From Nitrospinaceae bacterium (GTDB lineage Bacteria; Nitrospinota; Nitrospinia; Nitrospinales; VA-1): a DNA stretch of 20,713 nt. Shown here piece after piece: positions 7,339 to 18,803 of this stretch. The notes beneath the pieces were generated by a model that saw only the letters and a list, made by a program, of their open reading frames with translations, was not told the DNA's origin and made no database searches. The stretch is from assembly GCA_046754465.1 (NCBI GenBank), contig JBHHVU010000056.1, positions 1 to 20,713 on the forward strand. Direction: 5' to 3'. How positions within the stretch are numbered: the stretch's first letter is position 1; every line of letters starts with the position of its first letter. Made by a program: the position numbers and the translations under genes.

Positions 7339-8712
7339 ATGTATTTGAAAGAAATGAAAACTGTGCTGACGGTGGCGGGATCGGATTCCAGCGGCGGGGC
7401 GGGAATTCAGGCGGACCTTAAAACCTTTGCCGCGCATCGGGTTTTTGGAACGTCCGTCATCACCTCAATCACCGCGCAAAATTCCCGTGGCGTCCGCGGC
7501 ACCGACGATCTCTCTCCCGATGTGGTCGAGCGCCAGTTCCGCGCGGTATTTGAAGATCCCAAACCCTCGGCGGTGAAAATAGGCATGCTGGGCAATGCGG
7601 AGATTGTGGAGTGTGTCGTTCGCCAACTCAGGCGGAACCGAATCAGAAACCTGGTCGTCGATCCCGTTATTCGATCTTCCAGCGGAAAGACCCTGCTTTC
7701 CGCCAAGGGCGTTCGCGCCCTTCGGGATGGCCTGCTTCCCCTGGCGCGGGTGGTGACGCCTAACCTGAAGGAGGCGGAAATCCTTTCCGGAATCCGCATC
7801 AAGACTCCGGGCGACCGGATCAAGGCCGCGCGGAAGATTTTGAAAACCGGAGTGCAAAGCGTATTGATCACGGGGGGGCACGGGAAAGGGAGACCGGTGG
7901 ATTTGTTCTATGAGGGTGGCCGTCCCCGCCTTCTCGATGCCGACCGTTTGACCCGGGAAGATTTGCACGGAACCGGGTGCGTCTTGTCCGCCGCCATCGC
8001 ATCGGGGCTGGCGGTGGGAAAGGATTTGGTCGATGCCATCGATTCCGCCAAGGAATTCATCGGCCGGGCGATTGCCGGAGGGGTCCGGCCCGGAAAGGGT
8101 GCTCCCTGCGTGGAACCCCTGGCGGGGTTGTATCAATCGGAAGAACGGTTGGAATTGTTCCAAAAAGTCTCCGCCGCGGTGGAAATCTTGAAAAAGGAAA
8201 GGATCGGACACCTCATTCCCGAAGTTCAGTCCAACCTGGGAGTCGGATTGGAAAGAGTCCGCACCCGGGACGACGTGATCGGATTCCCCGGGCGCATCGT
8301 GAAATTCGGGGAAGACATCGTGACCCTGGCTCCGCCGCAATTCGGGGCCTCACGGCATGTGGCCGATATTGTTTTGACGATCATGCGGTATGATCCGGAC
8401 AAGCGGGCGGTGATGAATATAAAATATTCCGGCGACCTTCTCAATATCTGCAAACGATTGAAATACAAAATCGCGAGATTCAACCGGGCCGATGAACCGA
8501 GGCGGGTCCGGAAAAAGGAAGGCGCTTCCCTGGAATGGGGCACCGATTGCGCCATCCGTCAGTACGGGGCGGTTCCGGATATCATTTACGATTTGGGTGG
8601 AGTGGGAAAAGAGGAGATGATAAGAGTCATCGCCGAGGATATCGATTCCCTGGTGGAAAAAATTCTTGCCATCCACAGCCGCTGGAAAAAATTAAATAAA
8701 TTTGAAGCTTGA
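7339..8712 (+). CDS. thiD: HMP/HMP-P kinase ThiD fused to a C-terminal ThiN-type thiamine-phosphate synthase (ThiDN)
   Basis: ThiD: LTVAGSDSSGGAGIQADLKT, VKIGML, VVDPV, TPNLKEA, HGTGCVLS. ThiN (from about 8140): IPEVQSN, FPGRI, FGASRHVA, AVMNIKY, PDIIYDLGGVGKEEMIR. Alternative start at 7354. Confidence 0.92.
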   Translation: MYLKEMKTVLTVAGSDSSGGAGIQADLKTFAAHRVFGTSVITSITAQNSRGVRGTDDLSPDVVERQFRAVFEDPKPSAVKIGMLGNAEIVECVVRQLRRNRIRNLVVDPVIRSSSGKTLLSAKGVRALRDGLLPLARVVTPNLKEAEILSGIRIKTPGDRIKAARKILKTGVQSVLITGGHGKGRPVDLFYEGGRPRLLDADRLTREDLHGTGCVLSAAIASGLAVGKDLVDAIDSAKEFIGRAIAGGVRPGKGAPCVEPLAGLYQSEERLELFQKVSAAVEILKKERIGHLIPEVQSNLGVGLERVRTRDDVIGFPGRIVKFGEDIVTLAPPQFGASRHVADIVLTIMRYDPDKRAVMNIKYSGDLLNICKRLKYKIARFNRADEPRRVRKKEGASLEWGTDCAIRQYGAVPDIIYDLGGVGKEEMIRVIAEDIDSLVEKILAIHSRWKKLNKFEA

Positions 8713-8723
8713 TTGGGCTTATA

Positions 8724-8777
8724 TCGAAACCGCAACGATCGGCGCGGCGTTCCACACCCTGCCCCGCCGGATTTCGA
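8724..8777. terminator. GC-rich imperfect hairpin between convergent thiDN and ppiD
   Basis: CGGCGCGGC (8740-8748) with GCCCCGCCG (8761-8769), 1 mismatch; outer TCGAAA/TTTCGA pair. No strong U-tract. Confidence 0.3.
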
Positions 8778-8789
8778 CGCCCCTTCCGC

Positions 8790-10721
8790 TTATAGGAGGG
8801 GCTTATCGATCATGACCTCGGATTTTTGGCGGATATTTTTCATCCATTCCTGAAAGACGCGGTTGCCTTTTTCCACCCGGAGACGGGCGGTGATGGTTTT
8901 GATCTCGTCCTTGGAGGGTTCCCCGGCTTCCTGCCGGTCCTGCACCCGCATCAGGTAATATTTTTTAAATACCTTGGCCGCGGTGGACTCTCCCTTTTTC
9001 AGCAGAAACACCTTGTTTTTAACATCCTGAATGTCGCCAATGCCCGGAATGGAATCCGCCTGGCTGAAAAAAGGCGTGTGCTGGATGTCGAGATGGAGTT
9101 CCTTGGCGATTTTTTCCAGGCCGGATTCGCCGGTGAGCTGTTCTTTCAATTCCTTGAACCGGGTTTGTGTGTATTCCTTGTCCCGGCTCTCGATGTACGC
9201 CTCCCGGATTTGATCCCGGATTTCGGTGAGTTCGGGAATATAGGCGGGTTTTCTTCCGGCGATTTTTAACAGGAAAGAGGCTTCCGGGGTGTGGATGGGG
9301 TCGCTGACCTGATTGTCCCGGAGGGAGAAGGCAATATTGTAAAATTCAGGAACCATGCCAATTTCGGGAACGTCGTGTTTTTTCCTGGAGAAGAAATCAG
9401 AAGTCTTGACTTCAATTTTATTCGCCGCCGCGGCTTGGGCGAGATCGCCATTGGTTTCCGCCGTTTTGTAGATTCGTTTGACGACCCTCCTCGCCTTATG
9501 CCGGGCCCTGTTTATTTTGATGGCCTGGATGATGGTGCTTTTCACCTCATCCAGGGATTTGATGCGTTCCTTTTGTACCCCATCGAGGCGGATGATATGG
9601 TATCCGAAGGGGGTTTTCACGGGTTCGCTGACCTCTCCGACTTTCAGTTTTTCCAACGCCGCCTCGAAGGCGGGTACCATGGTTCCGCGGCTGAATTCAC
9701 CGAGGCTTCCCCCCTTGCTGCCCGAGGCGGTATCGTCCGAATATTTTTTCGCGATCGCCGCGAAATCGGCACCCTCGCGGATTTTTTTCAAGGCCTCTTC
9801 GGCCTCGGCCTGAGCGGCCTTTTCAGCGGCTTTTTGTTTTTCCTCCGGCGTGGCTTTTTCATCGGCCTTGGCCGGTTCCAGTTGGAAAAGGATGTGACTG
9901 GCCTGGTATTTCTTTTCCACTCGAAAATCCGTTATTTTTGATTCATAATAATCCTGGATTTCATCGTCGCGGGGCTCGATATCCTTTTCGTATTGCTGGG
10001 GCGTCACTTTGATGTAATCGACCTTGATTTGCTCCGGAACTTCAAATTTGCCCTTGTTCTTTTCGTAATAATCCTTTAAATTTCCCTCAGTCACCGGTTC
10101 GGGACTTCGAAAATTATCTTCGGGAAAAACGATATAATCCAGTTTCAAGGTTTCTTTTTCCTTTTTATACGTATCCAGCGCATCACTTTTGGGAATTCGC
10201 GTATTGCTGGTAATCAACTTTTCCATTTTTTCGATGATCAATCCTTCCCGCTGACTCTCTTCAAATTCACTGGGGGTCACGCGTTGGAATTTGAGATAGT
10301 TTTGGTAATAGGCCGGGTTGAACTGGTTGTCTTTCTGGAAGGCGGGGAAGTTTTTAATGCGGTCGATTAATTCGGCGTCGCTTACTTCGATATCCAGTTT
10401 ATCCGCCTCCAGGAGCAGAAGCTTTTTCTGGATCAGGGAATCCAAAGCCTGGGTTTTCAGGTCCAGCCGAAGGATCATATCCTCGGAAAACTGGTTGCGG
10501 AACTGGTTCCGGTAAAAATTAACCAGGTTGTTGAAGGCTTTATCGTATTCGTTATAACTGATTTTGATTCCTTCAACCGTGGCGACAACTCCCCCACGGG
10601 AAACCGAAGCGCCACCCATTCCCCACGAATAAAATATCGTGCCTACAAAGGCCAGGATAATCATCCATAAAATTGTTTTGATCATCCAGGAATCGGCGTG
10701 CTGTCTGATGAGATTCAGCAT
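8790..10721 (-). CDS. PpiD/SurA-like membrane-anchored periplasmic chaperone with parvulin PPIase domain (643 aa)
   Basis: N-terminal TM anchor (KTILWMIILAFVGTIFYSWG), VATVEG, SurA_N region, parvulin motifs ASHILF, FAAIAKKYSDD, GGSLG, MVPAFE, VSEPVKTPFGYHII; GGGAGAG SD upstream. Confidence 0.9.
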   Translation of the reverse strand: MLNLIRQHADSWMIKTILWMIILAFVGTIFYSWGMGGASVSRGGVVATVEGIKISYNEYDKAFNNLVNFYRNQFRNQFSEDMILRLDLKTQALDSLIQKKLLLLEADKLDIEVSDAELIDRIKNFPAFQKDNQFNPAYYQNYLKFQRVTPSEFEESQREGLIIEKMEKLITSNTRIPKSDALDTYKKEKETLKLDYIVFPEDNFRSPEPVTEGNLKDYYEKNKGKFEVPEQIKVDYIKVTPQQYEKDIEPRDDEIQDYYESKITDFRVEKKYQASHILFQLEPAKADEKATPEEKQKAAEKAAQAEAEEALKKIREGADFAAIAKKYSDDTASGSKGGSLGEFSRGTMVPAFEAALEKLKVGEVSEPVKTPFGYHIIRLDGVQKERIKSLDEVKSTIIQAIKINRARHKARRVVKRIYKTAETNGDLAQAAAANKIEVKTSDFFSRKKHDVPEIGMVPEFYNIAFSLRDNQVSDPIHTPEASFLLKIAGRKPAYIPELTEIRDQIREAYIESRDKEYTQTRFKELKEQLTGESGLEKIAKELHLDIQHTPFFSQADSIPGIGDIQDVKNKVFLLKKGESTAAKVFKKYYLMRVQDRQEAGEPSKDEIKTITARLRVEKGNRVFQEWMKNIRQKSEVMIDKPLL

Positions 10722-10763
10722 TCAAAGCTCTCCCAATAAATGAAAAAATTGATGTAAATTAAT

Positions 10764-10792
10764 ATATTATTAGACAAAGGGATGAAGCGCAA
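10764..10792 (-). promoter_or_regulatory. Candidate sigma70 promoter for the ppiD-like gene
   Basis: Minus strand TTGCGC (10792-10787), 17 bp, TAATAT (10769-10764), in an AT-rich stretch. Confidence 0.5.
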
Positions 10793-10889
10793 CTCTTTTG
10801 GTCCTGCAGTCTCCCTCCTTTGCCGTTGGTGGCCGGTCCACACCGGTGGGTGGAAACAGGATGGGGCGCGGCCTTTCCCCTTTATTGAC

Positions 10890-10918
10890 TTGCAATTTGA
10901 ATACCCCCTTGCTATAAA
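10890..10918 (+). promoter_or_regulatory. Sigma70 promoter for mreBCD-mrdA
   Basis: TTGCAA (10890-10895), 17 bp, TATAAA (10913-10918), extended -10 TG at 10910-10911. Confidence 0.6.
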
Positions 10919-10982
10919 GAGAAGCTTATGAAAAACAATTAGTTACGCAAAAAACGGATCCAATTTCATGAAAGGGCCCTGA

Positions 10983-12008
<1,026 letters not shown>

Positions 12009-12010
12009 CT

Positions 12011-12826
12011 GTGCCCAGGAAGGGAATCAAAGCAAAAAGAAATATCATCCTCTTGTCTTCCATCCTTCTGGTCTCCTTCGTCCTTATGACCATCAACGTC
12101 AAGCGCGAAAAAGGACCCCTTTTTTTTGAAACCCTGGTCCTCCGCGTGTTTTCTCCCTTTCAAAGCCTGTTCATGCAAACGGCGGCCTCCATCTCGGGTT
12201 TTTTCGAGCATTACTTTTTTATCGTAAACGTCTCCCAGGAAAACGAACACCTGAAGCGGGAAATCAACCGTCTGCGTAAAGAAAAAAACGAGTTGATAGA
12301 GAAGATGCACCAGCAGAAAAGGATCGCCCGGCTGATGGAGCCTGAGGGGAGCCCTGAAATTCATTCCGTGATCGCTTCGGTGATCGGCAGGGATGCCACC
12401 CAATGGTCCAAGGTGGTTATGATCGACAAGGGAACCGATGACGGAATCCGTGAAAACCTGGCCGTGGTCACCGACGCGGGGATCATCGGGCACGTGATTC
12501 AGTCCACCGGAACCACGTCCAAGGTTTTATTGATCACCGACAGCCGAAGCGCGGTGGATGCCTTGTTTCAGGATTCCCGGACCACGGGCGTATTTGTGGG
12601 AACGGGGCAGGATGTGGGGGAGTTGAAGTATGTCCCCACCACCGCGAAGGTCCGGGTGGGGGACCGCGTTCTTTCCTCCGGACTGGGAGGAACGTTTCCC
12701 AAGGGATTGTTGATTGGCTCCGTCATTCAGGTCACCCAGGAAAAACAGGGTTTGTTTCAGGACATCGTTATTGTTCCCAGCGCGGACCTTTCCCGTCTGG
12801 AAGAGGTCCTGGTCCTCCTGCCATAA
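12011..12826 (+). CDS. mreC: Rod shape-determining protein MreC (GTG start)
   Basis: N-terminal TM, coiled coil ENEHLKREI, ASVIGRD, IDKG, VLLITD, SSGLGGTFPKGLLIG, LEEVLV; follows mreB. Confidence 0.95.
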   Translation: MPRKGIKAKRNIILLSSILLVSFVLMTINVKREKGPLFFETLVLRVFSPFQSLFMQTAASISGFFEHYFFIVNVSQENEHLKREINRLRKEKNELIEKMHQQKRIARLMEPEGSPEIHSVIASVIGRDATQWSKVVMIDKGTDDGIRENLAVVTDAGIIGHVIQSTGTTSKVLLITDSRSAVDALFQDSRTTGVFVGTGQDVGELKYVPTTAKVRVGDRVLSSGLGGTFPKGLLIGSVIQVTQEKQGLFQDIVIVPSADLSRLEEVLVLLP

Positions 12827-12841
12827 TTCCGGAACCCGGTC

Positions 12842-13357
12842 ATGTTTTTTGTCATTCAAATCCTTTTAATATTGGTTTTGTTTTCCGTTCAAACCACCCT
12901 GCTCCAGTTTTTTTCATTTGCCGGGGTGACCCCCGACCTGGCATTGATTTTCGTTGTTTTCAGCGCGATCCAGTTCCGGGGGAATCTCGGTATCGGAATG
13001 GGATTCATGGTGGGATTGATCCAGGACTGTCTTTCGGGAGGATTGCTGGGAGCCAATACCCTGTCCAAAAGTCTGGTGGCGTTTTTTTTCTCCACCTTGA
13101 AGGATAAAATCATCGTTGAAGGATTCCTCCCCATCTTTTTGTTCATAATCACCGCCTCCCTTATGGATGGGTTGATCGGCTACCTGGTTCTTGTGACCCT
13201 GTTGAAGGGGGCGATCCCGGGAAAGTTTTTAATTTCAACTTTGCCCGTTTACGCCGTATACAACGCCCTGGTGGGTCCGGTATTATTTTATATTCTCGGT
13301 GGCATCAGGAAATGGATTTTGGATAAATTCCCCAACCACTATATACGGTCATCATGA
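12842..13357 (+). CDS. mreD: Rod shape-determining protein MreD
   Basis: Hydrophobic 171 aa with PDLALI and GFMVGLIQDCLSG..LG; lies between mreC and mrdA. Confidence 0.92.
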   Translation: MFFVIQILLILVLFSVQTTLLQFFSFAGVTPDLALIFVVFSAIQFRGNLGIGMGFMVGLIQDCLSGGLLGANTLSKSLVAFFFSTLKDKIIVEGFLPIFLFIITASLMDGLIGYLVLVTLLKGAIPGKFLISTLPVYAVYNALVGPVLFYILGGIRKWILDKFPNHYIRSS

Positions 13358-15219
13358 GTGTGTTTCGTTACAGCGCGGATGTTCCCGACGAGGTCAGGAA
13401 AAAAATAAAAATATTCGTCATCCTGGTTATTTTTTCCTTTTCCTGTCTCTGGGTGAGAGTCTGGTACCTGCAAATACTGAAAGGAAGTTATTTCCGGGAA
13501 ATGTCGGAAAACAACCGGGTCCGGATGGTCTCCCTCCCTTCCTTCCGTGGAATCATCAAGGATAGAAACGGGGAGACCCTGGTCAGCATCCGTCCCTCCT
13601 TCAACCTTTATTTGATCCCCGAAGACGTGGGCAACCCATCCGAAACCCTGGAGTTCCTGGCTAAAAAGGTGCCGTTCGACGAGGAAAAACTCAATAAGGG
13701 AATCCGGGAAACGCCCTCGTTCAAACATGTGCTGATTAAAGCCGATATAAGCCGCGGGGAGGTGGCCTTCGTCGAGGAGAACAAAATGCGCCTTCCCGGC
13801 ATCGGGATCAAGGTTGAACCTCTCAGGAGTTACGTTCAAGGCGATCTCGCGGCCCATTTCCTGGGTTACCTGGGGGAGATTTCCAAGTCCCGGCTCAGCC
13901 AGATTCAGGACTCCAGTTATCATTTGGGAGATCTCATCGGCAAGGACGGGCTGGAAAATATTTTTGAAACCATGCTGCGTGGTAAAAAAGGATACAAGGA
14001 GGTGGAGGTCGATGTTTCGGGCAGGGAATTGAAAACCCTGAGAAAGCTGCTCCCCCAAAGTGGGAACAATCTGGTCCTGACCCTGGATGCGCGGGTTCAG
14101 AAAACGTTGGAAAAGTTGATGACCGGCACCCCGGAGGAGCCGGTGACCGGGGCGGCAGTGGTGATCAAGGTCAATACCGGGGAAATCATCGCTGCGGCCA
14201 GTAAACCTTCTTTCGATGCCAATTTGTTCGCCGCCAGGATCTCCCGGAACGACTGGAGGCGTTTGATCGAGGACAAACTGCATCCCTTGCAGAACCGGGT
14301 CATCAACGGTCAGTACCCTCCCGGGTCCACTTACAAGATCATCACCGCCCTCGCCGGTTTGGAGGAGGGAACCATCACTCCCGATTCCACCGTATACTGT
14401 CCCGGCTATTTTCGTTTGGGGCGTGGAAGGTACCGTTGCTGGAAACGGGGGGGGCATGGAACCATGAATTTGCACGACGCCCTCGTGCAATCCTGCGATG
14501 TCTATTTTTATACTCTCGGGCACCGCCTGGGAATCGATACCATCCACCAATACGCGAAAAAGCTGGGGTTAGGAAATTATACGGGCATTCAACTGATCGG
14601 GGAAAAACGGGGCCTCGTTCCCAGTACTCAATGGAAACTTCTGAAAAAAAAGAAACCCTGGCTTCCCGGAGAAACAATTTCCGCCTCCATAGGACAGGGA
14701 TATAACCTCGTGACCCCCATCCAACAGGCCAATATGATGGTGGCCATCGCGAATAACGGGATGTTGCTGAAACCCTTCCTGGTGAAAAAAATCGAAGATC
14801 CCGATGGAAATACCCTGAAGGAATTTTTCCCTAAAATTACCGGCAAGGTGGATATTAATCCGGAAAATCTGAAAATTATCCGCGAGGCCTTGAGGGGGGT
14901 GGTCAATGAAGTTCATGGGACGGGGCGAAGGGCCCGCATAAAAAATATCAAGGTTTCCGGAAAGACGGGAACCGCCCAAGTCGTGCGGATGAAAAGCGGC
15001 CCGGACAGTGGGGAGGAGGGAACCCCCTATCATTTCCGGGATCACGCCTGGTTTATCGCCTTCGCTCCGTATGAAAAACCCCAACTGGCCGTCGCGGTGC
15101 TGGTCGAGCACGGCGGGCACGGCGGGTCGACGGCGGCGCCCATGGCCCGGAAAATCATGGAGGCTTACTTCAAATATTATCCGCCGGTTCCGCCCCCCCC
15201 CCCGCGGGGAGGGAGATAG
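13354..15219 (+). CDS. mrdA: Penicillin-binding protein 2
   Basis: TM, then YLQI, RGIIKDRNG, GYLGEI, IGKDGLE; transpeptidase motifs STYK (SxxK), SCD (SxD), KTGTAQ, DHAWF. ATGA overlap with mreD. Confidence 0.96.
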   Translation: MSVFRYSADVPDEVRKKIKIFVILVIFSFSCLWVRVWYLQILKGSYFREMSENNRVRMVSLPSFRGIIKDRNGETLVSIRPSFNLYLIPEDVGNPSETLEFLAKKVPFDEEKLNKGIRETPSFKHVLIKADISRGEVAFVEENKMRLPGIGIKVEPLRSYVQGDLAAHFLGYLGEISKSRLSQIQDSSYHLGDLIGKDGLENIFETMLRGKKGYKEVEVDVSGRELKTLRKLLPQSGNNLVLTLDARVQKTLEKLMTGTPEEPVTGAAVVIKVNTGEIIAAASKPSFDANLFAARISRNDWRRLIEDKLHPLQNRVINGQYPPGSTYKIITALAGLEEGTITPDSTVYCPGYFRLGRGRYRCWKRGGHGTMNLHDALVQSCDVYFYTLGHRLGIDTIHQYAKKLGLGNYTGIQLIGEKRGLVPSTQWKLLKKKKPWLPGETISASIGQGYNLVTPIQQANMMVAIANNGMLLKPFLVKKIEDPDGNTLKEFFPKITGKVDINPENLKIIREALRGVVNEVHGTGRRARIKNIKVSGKTGTAQVVRMKSGPDSGEEGTPYHFRDHAWFIAFAPYEKPQLAVAVLVEHGGHGGSTAAPMARKIMEAYFKYYPPVPPPPPRGGR

Positions 15220-15246
15220 GCCGGGCCACGCCCGGAGGGGGATAGG
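15193..15246. repeat. C11 tract, palindrome and 13-bp direct repeat across the mrdA stop
   Basis: C11 at 15193-15203; palindrome CCCCGCGGGG at 15200-15209; GGAGGGAGATAGG (15208-15220) and GGAGGGGGATAGG (15234-15246). Confidence 0.65.
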
Positions 15247-15303
15247 TCAAAGCATCATCGCCAGTCAACCTCCGCTCGCCATATAAAGTATGTCAAATTG
15301 CCT

Positions 15304-15318
15304 GTGGCGGCCCGCCAC
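15304..15318. terminator. Perfect GC inverted repeat between convergent mrdA and uvrB
   Basis: GTGGCGG-C-CCGCCAC; no adjacent long U-tract. Confidence 0.3.
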
Positions 15319-15386
15319 CGGCGGTTCGCTGCCCCCCGCCCCGCATATTTGATCCTTCCGGCTTCCCCGTTTTATTGCGGCAAGGG

Positions 15387-17378
<1,992 letters not shown>

Positions 17379-17612
17379 GGCATCGATCGTTGTGAAACTG
17401 GTTTTAAAATAGCATAAATTTTGTGTTAAATTAAGAACTTGGAACTTGGTGAATCAGCAGAACCCCCGGCTTCCGTCCTCGCTCTTATCCCAGGGAACCG
17501 ATCGCATTGATAATAAAATAGAACAGGCGGTTTTCCGCCGGCCGCGGCCTGCTCGGCCACGGCAACCCCGGAAGGGACCGAGGGCTCCCGGGGTATCTTG
17601 GAAAGGCATTCT

Positions 17613-18803
17613 GTGGACAGCAACGAAGAAATTATAAAGACCATTCACCTCAAGGATTCGGTGATCACGTTGATTGGGACGGCTCATGTTTCCCGGCAAA
17701 GTGTTCAACTAGTGGAGGATCAAATTCAAAGCGGAAAATATGATTGCGTGGCGGTGGAGCTTTGCCAGCCCCGATTCGAGAATCTGCAAAACCGGTCGTG
17801 GTGGAAAAACCTCGACATCTACCAGATATTCCGGCAGAAGAAGGCGACCCTGTTATTGATCAACCTGGCCCTTTCGGCGTATCAGAAGCGGTTGGCGGAA
17901 AAGATCGGCGTCGAAGCGGGAAAGGAGATGATGCGGGCGATCGAATTGTCCCGGGAAAAGAATCTGCGGCTGGAGGTGATCGACCGAAACATCACCACGA
18001 CGCTTCAGCGGATGGTAGGCGGAGTTTCCTTCTGGCAGAAACTCAAAATTTTTTCCGGGCTGGTCGCGGGCATTTTCATGGGGGAGGAGGTCAGCGAGGA
18101 ACAAATCGAAAATCTGAAGAAAGGGGATATTCTGCAGAACGTGGTGCAGGAATTCGGGGAATCGTTGCCCCAATTCAAGAAAGTGCTGATCGATGAACGC
18201 GACGAGTACATGGCCGGCCAGTTGGCCAATTTGGCCGCTGACCCGGACGCGCCGAAAAATATACTGACCCTGGTGGGCGCCGGACACCTCATCGGCATGC
18301 TGCCGGCGTTATCCCACCCGCCCGATGCAAAACGCCTTCGGGAACTGGATACCAAACCCCCCTCCAGCCGGTTGGGATATTATGTCGGGTGGGGCATTTG
18401 CCTTGTGGTCCTCAGCATGTTTTATGTGGGGTACAGCCGGTCCCCCGAATTGGGATTCCAATTGGTGGCCACGTGGGTGGTCATCAACGGCGGATTGAGC
18501 GCCATCGGCGCGGCCCTGGCCTTGGCGCATCCCCTATCGATTTTGACGGCGTTTCTGGCCGCTCCCCTCACCTCGCTCAATCCCACCATCGGCGCGGGTA
18601 TGGTGGTTGGCTTGGTCGAGTCGTTTTTGCGCAAGCCCAAGGTCAGCGATTTTGAAGCCCTTCGGGAGGATATCGGCTCAATGAAAATGTGGTGGAGGAA
18701 CAGGGTGGTGCGAGTCCTCATGATTTTTTTCTTTGCCAATGTGGGATCCGCGATCGGGACCTATGTGGCCGGAGCGACGATCGTGACCCAGCTCTTTCGG
18801 TGA
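17613..18803 (+). CDS. TraB/PrgY/GumN family protein with C-terminal membrane domain
   Basis: LIGTAHVS, VAVELC..R, GKEM..AI, IDRNI..TL.R, LIDERD.YMA, VGAGH, APLTSLNP, NVGSAIGT. GTG at 17613 with GAAAGG 6 nt upstream is preferred; TTG at 17598 is the alternative. Confidence 0.9.
   Translation: MDSNEEIIKTIHLKDSVITLIGTAHVSRQSVQLVEDQIQSGKYDCVAVELCQPRFENLQNRSWWKNLDIYQIFRQKKATLLLINLALSAYQKRLAEKIGVEAGKEMMRAIELSREKNLRLEVIDRNITTTLQRMVGGVSFWQKLKIFSGLVAGIFMGEEVSEEQIENLKKGDILQNVVQEFGESLPQFKKVLIDERDEYMAGQLANLAADPDAPKNILTLVGAGHLIGMLPALSHPPDAKRLRELDTKPPSSRLGYYVGWGICLVVLSMFYVGYSRSPELGFQLVATWVVINGGLSAIGAALALAHPLSILTAFLAAPLTSLNPTIGAGMVVGLVESFLRKPKVSDFEALREDIGSMKMWWRNRVVRVLMIFFFANVGSAIGTYVAGATIVTQLFR

Noticed and set aside
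17613..18803. Conjugation element implied by the name TraB
   Set aside because: This is the chromosomal TraB/PrgY/GumN family; no T4SS, relaxase or other mobility genes are present.
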